Notes under the pieces: model-generated | Database searches by the model: none | The model's input: the letters and a program-made list of their open reading frames with translations, nothing else | Told to the model about the DNA's origin: nothing | Shown here: in pieces, positions 32,524 through 32,641 of the stretch | How positions within the stretch are numbered: position 1 is the stretch's first letter | Layout: every line of letters begins with the position of its first letter | Made by a program: the position numbers and the translations under genes | Source: Acidobacteriota bacterium | GTDB taxonomy: Bacteria > Acidobacteriota > Vicinamibacteria > Vicinamibacterales > CAVVIG01 | Direction: 5' to 3' | Assembly (NCBI GenBank): GCA_003222455.1 | Contig: QHWF01000011.1 | Span: 1-32,641 of the forward strand | Length of the DNA: 32,641 nt

Positions 32524-32641
32524 GCCTTTGCGACCGTCCCGCCTGCGCTCGCGCGGTACTTCGTGCCGCACGACCCGCAGGCCGCCGACGCCGGCGGCTT
32601 CGAGCCGGACGCCAGCTTCACTCCACACTCACAGATCCACC

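Noticed and set aside
1-32641. Mobile elements, CRISPR arrays, tRNA/rRNA genes and defence-system hallmarks (nucleases, helicases, TIR/SIR2 and similar)
   Set aside because: Reading all supported ORFs, I found no transposase, integrase or recombinase motifs and no regularly spaced direct repeats. No non-coding stretch is long enough for an rRNA. The only gaps over 25 nt are 702..902 and possibly 32524..32628. The remodelling seen here looks like homologous or illegitimate recombination rather than IS activity.

Overview
High-GC (about 65%) bacterial window that is almost entirely coding on the minus strand. I count about 24 apparently intact genes plus 4-5 decayed ones. Most are joined by 4-nt ATGA/GTGA/TTGA stop-start overlaps, so this is one or a few very long right-to-left operons. 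All large plus-strand ORFs in the track look like antisense shadow ORFs. The content is a surface-glycan super-cluster. (i) The right end (25956-32523) holds a 648-aa polytopic membrane protein, an ArnT-like GT-C membrane domain fused to a seven-bladed RCC1 propeller and an unassigned C-terminal domain, and a secreted paralogue of that propeller+domain module. (ii) Next come a Wzt/TagH-type ABC ATPase with a long C-terminal extension but no adjacent permease, and a SAM methyltransferase carrying a repeat-containing coiled-coil tail (WbdD-like logic). (iii) Then an AsnB-type amidotransferase, an MBOAT acyltransferase, its SGNH/DltD-like partner and an 841-aa membrane protein. (iv) A WbpB/WbpD/WbpE-like diacetamido-sugar trio follows, in which only the oxidoreductase is intact. 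(v) Two modules each make an N-acyl amino sugar and end in a short DPM1/ArnC-like GT2. One has SDR + two tandem DegT aminotransferases + a PglD/NeuD acetyltransferase. The other has a sugar dehydrogenase + Nudix + LbH acyltransferase + DegT + GT2 + SDR + sugar C-methyltransferase. (vi) A GT2 remnant and a partial GNAT gene sit at the left edge. Duplicated gene fragments at 7358-8558 and a lower-GC chimeric junction at 12304-13420 point to past recombination. I recognised no rRNA, tRNA, CRISPR, transposase or integrase. My best candidate for an undescribed system is lipid-linked amino-sugar donors consumed by large periplasm-facing membrane proteins that carry RCC1 propellers, combined with the permease-less Wzt and the ruler-like methyltransferase. 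All functional calls come from motif recognition by eye, because no database search was possible.
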